A DNA stretch of 63,742 bases, the filler included, from Collodictyon triciliatum (lineage: Eukaryota), in assembly GCA_043381765.1 (NCBI GenBank). It is 6 parts of 6 records of this genome, joined end to end, with 100 filler letters (N's around TTAATTAATTAA, not from the genome) between each part and the next. Parts side by side here need not be neighbours in the genome. Positions count along the whole stretch, not along the records: positions 10,359 to 20,617 come from JBHJMP010002746.1; positions 20,718 to 27,773 come from JBHJMP010002748.1; 4 more parts are not named here. The stretch is one strand, 5' to 3'. Positions 13,601 through 27,510 of the stretch are shown here, one piece after another; within the stretch, counting starts at the first letter, position 1; each line of letters begins with the position of its first letter. Both the position numbers and the translations under genes were made by a program. A model generated the notes under the pieces. It was not told the origin of the DNA and searched no databases. It saw only the letters and a program-made list of their open reading frames with translations.

Positions 13601-15328
13601 ATGAACTAGAAGAACAAGGTATTTTTTTTTCGAACATTTCAAGAAAAAAAAAAAAGAATTGAAGCACTCGGTTTACTTATTTCCTGCATGCCGAAAACAT
13701 GGCCTCATTGAATTTTAGATCAAATCCTATTTTTATCGTATATACATTCTCTCCAGGAAAGTATGCAGGGGAAATAAAAATCCAAGTCAGAGTGGCAGAA
13801 CAAACAGCTGCCAACTCATCACTTCAGTTCGACAATGGTCAAATGGAATCTGTCGACATATTCTCAAAGCCAAAAGTATGACCCACGCCCTCTGTAAATA
13901 GATATCAAATGATTTTCAACTGGACTTCTTCAATCAAATATAGCATCAGCCCCATTATACTCCCTGATTCATGACTTATTTACTGATCAACCCTTGACCT
14001 CTTTGATAAAATTCTTCTGATTAGAGTGAGAACAGGTCTCTACCTCAAAGTTCTCTTTCTACACCATCTAAACTGCGAGAGGTTCAGCTTTCAGTCGATG
14101 GTGAGTTAGTCACAACGTAAAATAGTACTATAATATATCAATCGTAGCCATAACTCTTTCAAAGTGTACCGACATATCTTGATTTTTTTAATCAAATTCT
14201 TTGCAGTCGTTCAAGCACAAGGATTAGTTTCTAAAGATATCACTGGTAAGAATATTTATGTAACATTTGTTCGATAAGAGCACGTCCACACAATCGAAAT
14301 AAAACTATTCAAACGAATGAACTTTCGAATTAAGATGCTTTACTCGCCATACATTCAAGGCTCGAGCGACCCTTATGTCGTCATGAAAATCGCTGGACAA
14401 GAGCAAAAAACAAGTGTGGTCAAGAGGTCTTTGAATCCCAAATGGTTTGCCATTTTTAAACTCCGACGGGATACCCACAAGAATAACCGTATCCGAGTGC
14501 TGCTTTTTAGACAATGAGCAATAATTCACTTATTTTTCGCTCTGCTTGTTTATTCAGGAACCAATCATTTGTATTCGACGGAGTCGGTCGAGACCAAGAC
14601 CTCAGCATTGCTGTCTATGACTGGGATAGAATTGGAAGTAAGAAAGCTTAAGACGTGAAACAATGTTTATCTCGCTCTGTTTATTTCTACATTATCCCAT
14701 CAATTTTTGTCAGTCGTAGTTTTTTTTTAATCTAGCTTATAGATTCATATTTCCGATGGTGCGGTGTTTGTATATTTTAAGAAATAGTTTTTGTAAGATT
14801 TTTTTTTTTTTGTAAATCCTCGAGACTTTTAAAACTCTTACACTATATATACGAAACAGATAACGAGCTCATCGGAACAGTATCCATTCCTATTGATAGG
14901 CTAGGAGACGGCCACGAGGATTGGTATCAAGTAAGTGATAAAAACTAGGCGTTGACATGTCATACAATCGCCTATCATTTACTGTCAAGAGTCGTTAAAA
15001 AACAAAAACAAAAACAAAAACAAAAACAAAAACAAAAACAAAAACAAAAACAAAAACAAAAACAAAAACAAAAACAAAAACAAAAACAAAAACAAAAACA
15101 AAAACAGTGGAGATATTTTTTTTTATCTTTTCGAATAGACACATACAAATAAGCAAAAACAAAGGATGTCTAAAACGAGAGTTTACACCGCCAATCGACG
15201 CCTGTGAACCCCACCCATACCACAACACAGTGTAACTTGATGCCTTATCCATCACCCAGCTCACCGACAAAAGCAAAAAAGGAGACCAGAAAACCGGCGC
15301 TGTGTTCCTTCGACTGCAGCTGCAGTAA
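10682..15328 (+). CDS. Gln-rich, coiled-coil, double C2-domain protein (5' end probably truncated by contig start)
   Basis: PolyQ exon at 10682-11163 and coiled-coil exon at 11810-12049. Two C2 domains follow (VVSARNLSAKDKDTIDPFV; VVQAQGLVSKDITGSSDPYVV...VYDWDRIG), with TAA at 15326-15328. Confidence 0.8.
11186..11261 (-). mobile_element. Micro-insertion copy A with 21-bp TSD
   Basis: ATGCTAAAGTGCACTGATATT (11186-11206) + TTTTCCTTTATTCGATTCAAAGTGCAGCGAGGTT + ATGCCAAAGTGTACTGATATT (11241-11261). Flanks are 19/21 identical; intronic. Confidence 0.8.
12527..12589 (-). mobile_element. Micro-insertion copy B with about 13-bp TSD
   Basis: TACGATGGAAGCT + T-rich tail/CCCCCTTTATTCGATTCAAAGT + TACGAAGGAAACT. 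Flanks 11/13 identical; intronic. Confidence 0.7.
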
Positions 15329-15729
15329 TACAAAACACCTCATTTAACGCGACCAAAGAAAAAGAAAACAAGACCAAAAAACAGGACAAATGGCATTCGC
15401 CGCAACAATCCGAACGATTTCCGAACCAATAATAAAACCCAGTCCGACGAAGCAAAAGGTGCGATTCAGAATACACGCAAAAGATTAAAAAAAACCACAA
15501 AATAAAACAAAAAAGAAAAGATTTAAAAACCCACAAAAGAATAAAACAAAAAAAAAGAAAGAAAAGAAACAAAAAAGGAATGAAAAAGAAACCAAAAAGG
15601 AATAAAAGGAAAAAAAGAGAGAAAAGAAAGAAAAAGAAAGAAAAAGAAAGAAAAAGAAAGAAGAGAGGAAAAGAAGAGAACACGACACCAAACAGCTTGC
15701 TATGCACTAAGCGCCGCTCCCTCAAAGCT

Positions 15730-17996
15730 ATGACCGCGTGGTCTTCCCCCGAGATCATCCTTGCAGCCGTGCTGATCGTCACAGTCACACTGTTCCTCCT
15801 GTTCCGCAACCAAAAAGAGCCGCGATCTGTGGAAACCCCGGTCACGAGTACTCCAAAGGCGCCTCCTTCCAAGGCCACTGCCGCTCCAAAGCCCGAGGTT
15901 ACAGCGCCAGAAAACGTCTCGAAAGCAACCAAAGAGGCGAAGGCGAAGCGAAAGCAGGAAATCCACCCGCTTCGAATCGCTGCGCTTAAAGGCCAGTTCG
16001 AGCACATCGCTTGCACGGCCTTCAGTAACGACGGAGCTCTTTTGGCCGTTGGCTCGGACGATCGTTGCCTTTTTATCTACAGCACAGAGACTTTATCAAC
16101 ATCCACACCAAAGTCGGGTTTGAGTCTTGTTCTTTTTGTTCTTTTCCCTTTTCCCTTTTCCCTTTTTCCTTTTTTCCTTTTTTCCTTTTTTCCTTTTTCC
16201 TTTTTTCCTTTTTGCTTATTCCTTTTTTCCCCCTTTTTTCCTTTTCTCGTTTTTTTCCTTTTTTCCCTTTTCCCCTTTTTTCCTTTATTTATTTATTCGT
16301 TTATTTATTTATTCGTTTATTTTATTATTTGTTTGTTCTCTTCTTCTGTCCCGCCATATGCTTTATAGGCTCCCACGTATGCAATGCAGGACTGATTACT
16401 TGATTAATGGATTTAGACATTTTATTTCTAAGATTACTGCTATGTGTCGTTTTGACATTCATTATGCTTGGGTTGCAGATTCTCTCGAGTGAATGTCGAA
16501 TATGACTACCCTACGGCAGTTGCTTTTAGCTCCAGTACAAACCATATGCTCGTAGCAACTAAAGATGCGAGAAAACTCGTTCTCTATAAACTCGTTCGTC
16601 TTCTTTTCATGATGAATTAATGTGGTATTTATGATTTTTTGCATTTTCAAGCTATTTATCTAAAGAAGTATCCAGTTTAATTCGTATTTTCTTAACCTTT
16701 TCTTCCCTTAATTATATACATGAAATCACAGGATACCACTGGACCGAAATTACAGACGTCTGTTGTATTCCAAACAGTGACCTCGCACAAGGAACCAATA
16801 AAGCACGTCTTTATCGATAAGGAGAGCCGCTTTATGATTTCGGCGGGAAGTGGTGAAATACGCAAACCATAATTACTTTAACAAATAATTTCTCAAGAGT
16901 AAAAAGAAAAGAAAGAAAAGAAAGAGGGCATGTTTTGCACACGAAAATTTTAACATGTTCTCTTGCAGCTGCCCTGATTGTTGTAATTCTTATATGAACT
17001 TTTTTTTTTAACAACGGGAACACATTTAAACGACATTTCCATTTTATATCTCAACTTCATTGTGTTTTAGACGAAGAAATTAGAGTTTGGTCATCCCAAG
17101 GACAGCTTTTACAGCAAATGAAGACAAATCAAGTGCGAAATCATATGTCTGGTAAATTTTTTGCGCTTTTGCGACTTTAACAATCCAAACAAAGTAAAAA
17201 AAAAACACACACATTCAAACAAACATGGTATTTATAGAGCCTTATGGTTTCGAATCTTTCACCCTATCCAGTTATTTCTCATGATTCTCGATTCTTTTCC
17301 TGCGCAACGTGGATTTCCGATGTCAAAATCTGGGAGGCACAGTTCAACAAGGTTTATTTTACCTTCTTTTTTCTTCTCAAAATCAATCAGCTGTTCAAAG
17401 AAATGCCTCGCTATTTTCACCACGCTTTTCTGGTATTGTTTTATCCTTTTTCTTATATGGAGACCCAAAACATGCCTATAATTCTCTGTAATAACAAACA
17501 ATCACTACCCAGGATAAATCGTTTAACTCACTCAAAAAAGTGATGGATCTGAAAGGACATAGGGTTTCCTTCCTTTCCTAAAAAGTATGCATCACCACCT
17601 GGCAAGAAATACCAAATATGCATACTACAATAGGATTTGGTGTGGAGCGTTAGCTTTTCCAAGGATTCGAAGAAGGCTCTCACAACATCAAAAGATGGGA
17701 CTGCGAGACTCTGGAATATCGACGGTAAGAAGAAAAGAGAAAAGCCATTAACAAAGGACGAATATGAAAGAAAAAAAAACATGTCTTCTGGAAGACCTCA
17801 TGTACAGTCTCCTCATTTATTCAAAATCGTGGTACAGTAAGATATCATATCGAAGAGGACCCACGATGTGTACTGACAGTCCAGTGTTCTCCAGATTACC
17901 CATTTCAACAATGCGCACTTTCTGCGGATGCGTCCGTATGTTAACCGACTTTTTTTTCTTAACGATGCAAATGAAAACGACATCTTTGAGAAACAA

Positions 17997-18092
<96 letters not shown>

Positions 18093-18378
18093 GAGCACAC
18101 GATTTAGGTCTTTGGAACGTCATCGGGGTCTACATTGCAGTTTTGGTCAACCAGCAATGGAGAGTGCCTTGCAACAATCAACGATACTCATACAGGCATC
18201 CTTTCATCTTATCTAATTCGTCACAACACAGCCCGCTTTTTCTCAGATAAATTGAAGCTTTAATTTGACAGGTGCAATCAACTGGATGAGTTGGTCTCCC
18301 AACGGGAAGTATCTTGCGACAACAGGTGCTGACCGACAAGTCTGCTTCTGGGCTAATCCACTCGACAAGGAAAAATAA
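15730..18378 (+). CDS. TBL2: Transducin beta-like protein 2 (N-terminal TM + WD40)
   Basis: N-terminal anchor IILAAVLIVTVTLFLLF followed by HPLRIAALKG...FSNDGALLAVGSDDR. Later exons encode VISHDSRFFSCATWISDVKIWE, VMDLKGH and TSKDGTARLWNIDVRYHIEEDP. Confidence 0.85.
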
Positions 18379-18530
18379 AATTGTGCAGATAGCCAAAACA
18401 TATTCTTTTCAATTAATCATTTCGCAAGATTTTTTTTTAATAACTTGGTTGTCTGATGAAAGGTGGCGCGGAAGCAAAAAGTTAGTGTGAGAAATGCAAG
18501 CCGCATATTCCGACCAGCATTTGTATGTGT

Positions 18531-19475
18531 CTACCAGTCATCATCGTCTTCTTCGCTTCCGGAGCTGTAGTTCTCTCTTAACACAGCACGGCGATATCTT
18601 TTTTTATATAAATATGTTATGATGATCTGTTACATAGGAGTGATGGGATATGAAAAAGGTGATTAGCACTTAAATGGAATGATGAAATTGGTATTAGGCG
18701 TCCGAGGACATACTCCATAGCACGCGCGAGATTAGACGCCAGATTTCCGGCCTGTGTTGGATTTAACTGAGGTTTGGAGCGGTTTTGAGAGTCCGTATTG
18801 GATGGGGCGGCGGTCTATGCATGTGTTGGGCAGGGATATTAGTACTTTTAGACAATTAGAAAGACAGTTAGCCAGTCTACGTATAGAGAGATGAACATGT
18901 GCTTCGCCTCAATATTTCTTCTTTTAACAGTAGCACATAATAAATACGTCAACTAAGAACCTGTCGCAGCTGCTTCCCCTCACGAATAGACTGAAGCAGA
19001 TTGTCTCTACATGCATCACATACCATAGTTAATGAATATAAATTGAATGCACGCATATTCGCCGAAGATAGAAAAAAATCAAGAAAAATCAAGAAAAAGA
19101 GTCGAGATGTGATACCACAACAAGCTTCACCAGAGTCATAGATATATCGGGTGTTGTTCACACAAACAGACCGTGAATTAGTCGGCGGCTCGACCGGACG
19201 TGCAGTGGAACGCGCAGAACCGGCATTGCCAACAGGTGGAGGAGGCGGAGGCGGCGGACCTCCACCAGAGGCGACGGGCGGAGGAGGCGGTGGGGGCGGC
19301 GGAGGCGGTGCACCGGCAGCGTGTGATGCAGCAGAGGGCGGCGGAGGAGGCGGAGGAGGAAGTGGCGGTCCACCGGCAGCAGCGGCTGAGGACGGCACAT
19401 CCATCTCTGTCTTGCTGAGCTCCTCGTTGACGATGTCCGCAACCATCTGTAGTTTTGGGTGTTTGATTCAGTTAG

Positions 19476-19518
<43 letters not shown>

Positions 19519-19678
19519 CTGGGCAGTCTCTTTGTTCTTCAAGTCACGTTTCTTGATTCCTGCTTTTTGGAAGATGTCGATGAGCTCTGGAGGCAACTTG
19601 TTCATCTAGAGTGGGATGCAGCGAGAATGAAGGGAGTTTGTCATTAATTTCGGATAACGATGTGCATAAAGTCTAAGC

Positions 19679-19762
<84 letters not shown>

Positions 19763-20617
19763 TAATAATAATGAAANNNNNNNNNNAATGAAAGAATATG
19801 GCGAGGGTATCTATCTTTAAAGATACTTGGAAACCGCCTTCTGCTGTCCAACCAATGTGGCCAATGTGCTTCACATCGGTCGGACCGCTGATTTCCATCT
19901 CTTTCTCTTCCGTTTTTTTAGTGACAGCAAACGTGGTGGACATGCCTTGCAAGAAATATACGGTATATATGCAATTAGATATGATTTAGGTAAAGCGGAC
20001 ACCATTTTTTTTTAAATATAAAACAGGGGTTCATCTTGTTTAGTCCTGTGAAATGTCAAATATTACTTCTGAAGAACTGGGTAAACTTTGACCCTGAGCT
20101 AGTTGGTGCAGCAGGTGTCGGTGACGAAGTAGCTATGCATGTTGTATATAAATCAGTTAATTGACAATATTATACGAGGTAAAGTGTATAGTTGCATCCA
20201 AACGAAGAGAAAAAGTAAGGAAAACAGTGAAGGCAGAGTGCGCTTGTAAACCCACACCCGAACGAAATGACGTCGAACTCGAGAGAGGCGAGGGTGCAGA
20301 TGAGACAGGTGATGGTGCAGATGACACTATAGTCGGACAGGAATTGGAGGAGGTTGGAATCGGAGCGGGCTGTCGTTTTGAAGTCCCTGAAGGCAGAGTT
20401 GAAGCAGCTGCAACAGGTGCAGATGCGGCAGAGGTCACCTTAACTATACAAATTGTTTCTGAGGATGAGTTGACCTATTCTTCTTGGGTTTTCTCTTAAT
20501 CGCATATGAGTTGTGCCTCATCGTGCTTGACTATATGGAAATGACTCACAGTCTCCTCGGTCAGCTTGAGTAACATATCGGTGGAAAGTCTCTGCGTCTG
20601 ATGAGTCTGCAAAGGCG
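18531..20617 (-). CDS. WAS: WASP-family actin nucleation-promoting factor (5' truncated at spacer)
   Basis: CRIB motif ISGPTDVKHIGHIGW, then LPPELIDIFQKAGI, a polyproline tract, WH2 RDNLLQSIREGKQLRQ and an acidic tail SGSEEDDDW*. Confidence 0.85.
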
Positions 20618-20912
20618 NNNNNNNNNNNNNNNNNNNNNNNNNNNNNNNNNNNNNNNNNNNNTTAATTAATTAANNNNNNNNNNNNNNNNNNNNNNNNNNN
20701 NNNNNNNNNNNNNNNNNTTTTTTTTTATTATTAAAAATAATTATACGGGTTTGAGTTTTTCTGCCTTTTTTTTTAAAAAAAAAAAAAAGATGTGCAAAAA
20801 AAAAAAAAAAAAATGAACAAAATCTAAATAGCAATAAAGATATTCAGACGAATCCCATTCCTTGACTTTTTTTAATCTTTATGTTTTGTCGTTAAAACAA
20901 GCTCTGACAGCA

Positions 20913-22763
20913 TCAAAAGACATCTACACGGTTGCCATGGTAGACTGTGGCGTAAAGCTCTTGGTTAATCCCAAAAGCTGCGGAAACGACATTTTGAACA
21001 TTGAGAGAGGCCAAAATCTCTCCTGAAGCCGATAGGACGCTGACATTCGAGCGTTCGTAGTCACTGAGGAGAAGCCCTCCCATCGGCCCCCGGCTTAGAG
21101 AGTTCCAATTCCCTCCGGTTGCAGGTATGCTGATGGTTCTTAGAGGAGACAAATCCGACGACAAGACGACCAGTTCGCTCGATTGACGGGAGGCAACAAC
21201 AACCTCATCATCGTCGTTGACTACAAGTCCAAAAGCCTCCTTGACCTCATGAAATCCTATGCCTTTATATGACTTGGCTTCTAACTTCAGCACCCCCTTC
21301 CATGCATTCACCACGTAGAGATTTCCCTGTTCGTCAAAGGATGCGAAATGTGGGGCTTGTAAAGGACTTTCCACCACATTCCTATCAATTTTCTGCAAAA
21401 GCTTTAGTCTTTTATCCATCAGAGAGATAGTGTCTCGGTTGAAATGTGTAATGCATACAATTTCTCCGTCGTGAGATATACACATACCACAAGGGTCCTC
21501 CAAGTTGATAGAAAAGAAAGGAGATGGATCAGAGTCCTTCATATCAGGACTGGGATAAATTCCAAAGACGGCGTTCTGTTGCCAACAGGAAACATACACC
21601 ATCCCAGTGACCGGATGAACGCATAAGCCACGAGGATATCCCATCTGTAACTTTGGTTCGATGTAGCCTCCAAGGGTGCCCACGGGGATGCTAGGAATGA
21701 GCGATGAGTCTCGATTGATGCGTATCTTTGAGCCAAACACCCAGGATTCGTAAGGCAGTTTTTGCGGTGTTGCATGCGGGTTCAATGTTTTTTTCTTTTC
21801 AACAGACCCAGTTGTGTTTTCCTCTAGAGATAGGCTGATCGTACTCTCTGGGCGGAATAGAATCAATGGAAGGTTCTTGTGATAGTGTAATGGAAGTCGG
21901 ACACAGAATTCAATGTCGCGGATGGTTCGGGCTAGCGGAATAGAGCGAGTCGACTCCAGCTTTGAAACCACTCGAAAGTGCTCGCACGATACCTTTGCAT
22001 TTATTATCCTAGTTCGACATAGGACGAAGGCGCTTAAGCTGGCTGAATACTGCTTGGTTGATGTTATACGGCGCAGTTGAACCTAAAGCATACGCACCGC
22101 ACTTGATTATTGTTCTTTATTGATGCAGTTTCTTTGGCAAATATATCTTCTGTTTAAAGATTAAGTGTGAAAGAGGATAAAAAAAAAAGAAGAGTGTCTA
22201 TGGAAGAGGGCCCATACACATCTAACAAACACATAGGTCTTAGGTATTGTTTGTCTTCAAAGAGTTATGAAAAAATGAGATGAACCTTTTCAACAAGATG
22301 TTTCTCAGCATCTTCCAAACGGTTCTGGAGTCCAGAGAAGATCCCGATGAGCTCCTGATCTGCTGACTCTGCGTTTTGTGCACCCTTTGAAGAAGAAAGG
22401 AAGAAGAAGGAGAAGGAGAAATAATACTGTGAATACATGGACATCACTCACGTTTGAGACATAACCATGATAGAGGGTGAAAGAGACGGAAAACAAACAA
22501 ACAAACAAACAAACAAACAAACAAACAAACAAACAAACAAACAAACAAACAAACAAACAAACAAACAAACAAACAAACAAACAAACAAAAAAGACGGACG
22601 TGACAGGAAGCTGCAGACAGCAATACTAGGGCGAGCTGTCAACCTGATCCATTGACTCGTCGTACTGGTTGTATTGATCCTGTGCCCGAGCCAGACGAGC
22701 TTTGCATTTCTTGTGTGCAGCTTGCTGGCTGTCTGCTCCACCAAACCGCTTCAGCAGTGACAT
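20913..22763 (-). CDS. Coiled-coil + NHL/six-bladed beta-propeller protein
   Basis: Large terminal exon with PRGLCVHP, PCGMCISHDG and PHFASFDEQGNLYV repeats. Upstream helical exons start at ATG 22763. Confidence 0.7.
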
Positions 22764-22974
22764 CCCAACAATGCTCTTGTTACCTACCTGGCCACCTTTT
22801 TTCCAGGGTTTGTGAGTCAGGGGTTCGGCATGCTTATGCTGCTCTCTTTATTCTGTCTCTCAAACACCCCCAACGGAAGCCTTTATAACAAGGACGATTC
22901 CGCTGTTTTATCTCCTTTTTTTTCTTCTTCTTTTCAAACGAACAGGAGACCGAGTGCCGATTGGAGCTAGAGCT

Positions 22975-23928
22975 TTTTTTTTTTTTTTTTTGGCGCGGAT
23001 TAGAAAGAAATCAGCTCAGCTCACTTTGTTGGGCGAGCTTTCGCGGGTGTCTGTGGTGCCAAGTTTGCACACTCGAGGTGAGTATAGGTAGCTTTCTCTG
23101 CACAAGCATCGCGTTGGAAAGGTGGTTGGTATTGAAAAATATGCCAGTATGCGCAGTTGATATCCAGGGAATGAAGGCCCGGCTTGGCTGTGAAAGTAAT
23201 ATAAGGTGTCGCTTTTCGGATTCAATGAGACTGGACATATCCTCTGTGCCTACATATTGGAGTTTAAGAGGGTGTGTCTTCATAAATGAAATAACCCATG
23301 GGATTAAGCACGCCTTGTTGTAGAGACCTTTCCAATGATACTGAAATGGATGACCGAGAGTCAGCTCAGTTAATTGGAGTTGTTTGGGAGGCGTGCGAAG
23401 TGGTGAAATGATAAAATACACGAATATGAAAAATAGCAGATGCAACACAAGAACCAGCGCCCACCAAAGATAGTCCGTTTACCATGCCCCAGCCCGTCGC
23501 ACCGAGAACCAAGGAGCAAGAGCAAACAGCACAAGCCGAATCCAAGCTTGGAACTTCACACACCAATGTCAGTCCGAGCAAGCAAGAGCGTATGTTTCTA
23601 AAACCACAAACGCGTATCCATACTCCGGTTAAGCAAAGTCCACTGCCGGCTACGCATGGTCCCGATGCCAGGGGGCGGTCAAGCGCCGCTTCCGATAATA
23701 CCAGACAAACAACGATGTATCGCTTTTTGTCAGAGTCGCCCAGCAAGAAACGCAAGGAAAGTGACCCGTTGTCCCCAAAAGACTCATCCTGTGGAATGAA
23801 ATAGGATGTAAACCTTGTCTGAGATAGATGATTGAAAGGACTCGTCGGAATCGTTTTGAGAAGAAACAGCCATGTGCGTACTTTCATCGACCCGACAACT
23901 TTATCCGCTCTTCTGTCAGTCTCGAATA
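22975..23928. mobile_element. Rearranged, decayed non-LTR retrotransposon relic
   Basis: Poly(T) at 22975-22990 lies next to minus-strand ORF2-like 3' sequence (ACAEKATYTHLEC, a degenerate Zn-knuckle). 23443-23928 is a diverged copy of 27020-27507. Confidence 0.5.
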
Positions 23929-24042
23929 TGAACTGCGGAAAAGTTATCACAAATTCATAATCAATTAAGAATATAAGCGCCAGCCAGCAAAATATGGAGC
24001 CATCCGTCGAGATCGCTACTGCTTTGCCCTCCTCCCACCCAC

Positions 24043-24239
<197 letters not shown>

Positions 24240-24454
24240 TGCCTACCATCCAAGCAAGTTGTTCTTTCACAACACGCTGCTATTGTTTCGAGCATATCCA
24301 CTTTGCTCTTACCTTATGATCTGTCGCCCGGCGTGACTTGTAAATTGCGGCCAATGTGAAACCTAAAGTACAGAACTCTGTGCGGCGCACTAACACACAA
24401 CACAGTCCACTCGTCCAAAGAACCCCCTGAACCCTTGCGAGCCCTCTCCACCTC

Positions 24455-25902
24455 ATGACGAACACCCCATCCAAAGAGGACCTGTTGCCTGAACAGGAGG
24501 CGCTCTTGGAAGAGCTCCGAAAAACTACGGGGGCATCCTTCGTCTCATTAAAAAGCACGACTAGGCTATGGGTCCTTGAAAGAGGGCTGACATCTATTCC
24601 TAGTTGTATTTTTATGTTGGATCTTCTCAAAGAATTAGTTCTTCCCGACAACCGGTTATCGTCGCTGTCACCAGAAATATCGTGCTTGACTGCTCTCACA
24701 TATTTTAATGTCAGTGGCAATCAGCTGTCATCGCTCCCAGCAGAAATATCAAGTTTAAATCATCTCAAGATGTTTTGGATTTATCAAAACCAGCTGTCGT
24801 CGCTACCGCCAGAAATATCAAGTTTGACTGGTCTCAGTCGTCTGGATGTTCATGTCAACCAGTTGTCGTCGCTGCCATCAGAAATATTATATTTGACTAG
24901 TCTCAAATATCTCGACATCGCTATTAACCCGGTATGTTTTTAATTGTGCTGAATGGGAATGTTGCTGACAACGATGAATATAGATGGAAGAGCTTCCTCC
25001 ACAAATCACAGCACTCATGAAATTGAAGGAGCTCCGCATCGACTTCCAAGGAAATAGCAGCATAAAGAGGGCACCGCGAGGCATCAAAAACCTCCCATGC
25101 TGGAAATTAAAGGGTTTACACGCTCTGCAACTATACGAAACTGTAAGCAACACATACCCCATTAAGATTATATGTGGGCCAGTCTTACCAAATGTACTTT
25201 TAGATCGATTCTATTGCGCGGCCAAGATGGACCCCAATGGAGAAGCAAAGCAGGTTCCAGTCATTAAGTTTGTACGGGATGAGTCTGACCAGTCTACCAG
25301 ACAGCATATCGCTCATGCAAAACCTGAGTTTTTTGTGCCTCGGAAATAACAAAGTAATTTTTGCCCATATGATTTTCTTTGGCTCATTTCTTAATGACAA
25401 TATTTACAAAATAGCTTACACATCTTCCTGAGGCTGTTTGCTGCATTACTTCGCTTGTGAGGCTCAATATCTCGTTCAACCAGGTTTAGAGAAAAGGAAC
25501 CTTACCATCGATTAGTTGTTTTCTTAATAAAAAAAAGAAAGAGTCATGTGCACAGTTTTGGATAATCATTTGAGAGTATTTTTACATTCACCAAATCAGC
25601 TAACAAGCCTACCTGAAACCATCAACCAACTCTGTTGTCTTGAATTACTGGATGTGATAAACAATGATGTAAGATAGAACCCATATATATCGACGATTGG
25701 ACATCAAAAGTCACATTCTCCTGATGACATACTTGCGTTAATCCTTTTCTCTTGACTTTGCACATATTACCTCGGTCATTTTTAATTTGAGTAAAAACCA
25801 TAGATTCAGCAGCTTCCAACATTCCAAGCAAAATCGGAAGACACTGCTTATTGTAAAGAGGCTACTGGGAGGGAAAGGCATGGGAAGTGTGCACTATGCT
25901 AG
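24455..25902 (+). CDS. Leucine-rich repeat protein
   Basis: Repeated LxxLxVxxNQLSSLPxEI motifs spread over several GT-AG exons; TAG at 25900-25902. Confidence 0.8.
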
Positions 25903-25989
25903 GTATCTTCCCCTATACCACCATCCAAAAAAACATATGCGCTTCATAAAACTTATAAAATAATAAATCGTTCCTTCGATGTCTTCGTA

Positions 25990-27510
25990 TAGGTTTCCGC
26001 CCTCTTGTCAGAAACTAAAAGAAGAAAAGTGAAGGCCGGTCAACGTATGTCGGAGAATCTGCGAGCTGCAGCCAGTTCTTCTGGTTCCAACGCTGGTGCG
26101 AAAAAACACCGGATTGCTCGTAAGTCCAGGAAGACCCGTGCAAGGAGGCCGCTTGCAAGTCTGTCTGAGCGGACAGTATTCTTGCACGGGGTCAAGCAAG
26201 TCGTTTACAACAAGAACAAGGCCCGCAGGCTCACTGATGCACTCGCCTCCCTCTTGAAAGCGAACAAACTTTGGGAAGAGTCCATCCAATTGCGCTTACC
26301 GGACAGCGAAGGCCTTTATCTGATTGCCTTCCGCAATGCAGAAAACGGCCGAAAGCTTCTGGAGTTGAAGCAAGTAAGTTTGATTGATATATATATTCAG
26401 CTTCAGCAGAAGTAAACCAACAGAGACCTCGGTGATTCTCTACCAACTACCGCTGGACGTGTGGCCGCAACTCATTCGTGAGGAGCTGAAGCTGTTCAGA
26501 CCGACCCACGTGGAGATCAAAAAGGACAAAGGCTTCTTCACAGACACAGCCATGGTGAGGCTTCTTTGACACAAGAACCAGCTCCCTGCAAAGTTTACGG
26601 TCAAGGGAAAAGTGTCCAAAGCGCATCCTCAAAGAGCGTCCGCCAGCTTTTAAGAACTAACAACAAGTAAAAGCCCCGCAAAAGAATGCACCCGCCAAGC
26701 AGACAAGCAGCAACGGGGTCAAGGAAGCCAAGGCCAGGCAACAACGGAGCCCGCAAGACTCACAACAGATACACGCTACAGCGACAGCGACAATGACATG
26801 GAAGGAAATCTCGGTTCCTCTTCAGAATCCTCGCACTCAAGCCCTCCACCGCCAACACCGGACAAGCCCGTACATCGCAAGACCCAAGAGCAGCGCATCT
26901 CCAAACCCCGAAAGAAATCCCCCTTAAACTACCCATTCAGACTGACGTGAATATGGTTAACATAGGATGCCTCAAGGCAGTCTTCGTTACTTATCCGAAA
27001 GGATACTCCAAAGAGAAGCCAACACAAGAACCAGCGCCTACCAAAGATAGTCCGTTTACGCTGCCCCAGCCCGTCGCACCGAGAACCAAGGAGCAAGAAC
27101 ATACAGCACAAGTAGAATCCAAGCTTGGAACTTCACACACTAAAGACAGTCCGAGCAAGCAGAAGCTTATGTTTCTAAAACCACAAACTCACATCCATAC
27201 TCCGGTTAAGCAAAGTCCACTGCCGGCTACGCATGGCTCCGAAACCAGTGGACGGTCAAGCGCCACTTCCGATAATACCAGACAAACAACGATGTATCGC
27301 TTTTTGTCAGAGTCGCCCAGCAAGAAATGCAAGGTAAGTGACCTGTTGTCCCCTCAAAAGACTCATCCTGTGGAATGAAATAGGATGTAAACCTTGTCTG
27401 AGTTGGGTGGTTGAAAGGACTCGTCGGAATCGATTTGAGAAGTAACTGCCATGTGCGCACTTTCATCGACCCAACAACTTTATCCGTTCTTCTGTTAGTC
27501 TCGAATACAA
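25990..27510 (+). mobile_element. Decayed LINE-like ORF1 (gag-like) relic
   Basis: Intronless, frameshifted basic ORF with RRM-like segments (TVFLHGV, SVILYQLPLDV...EIKKDKGFFTDTAMV) and Pro/Ser-rich tails. Part of it is duplicated at 23443-23928. Confidence 0.5.
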
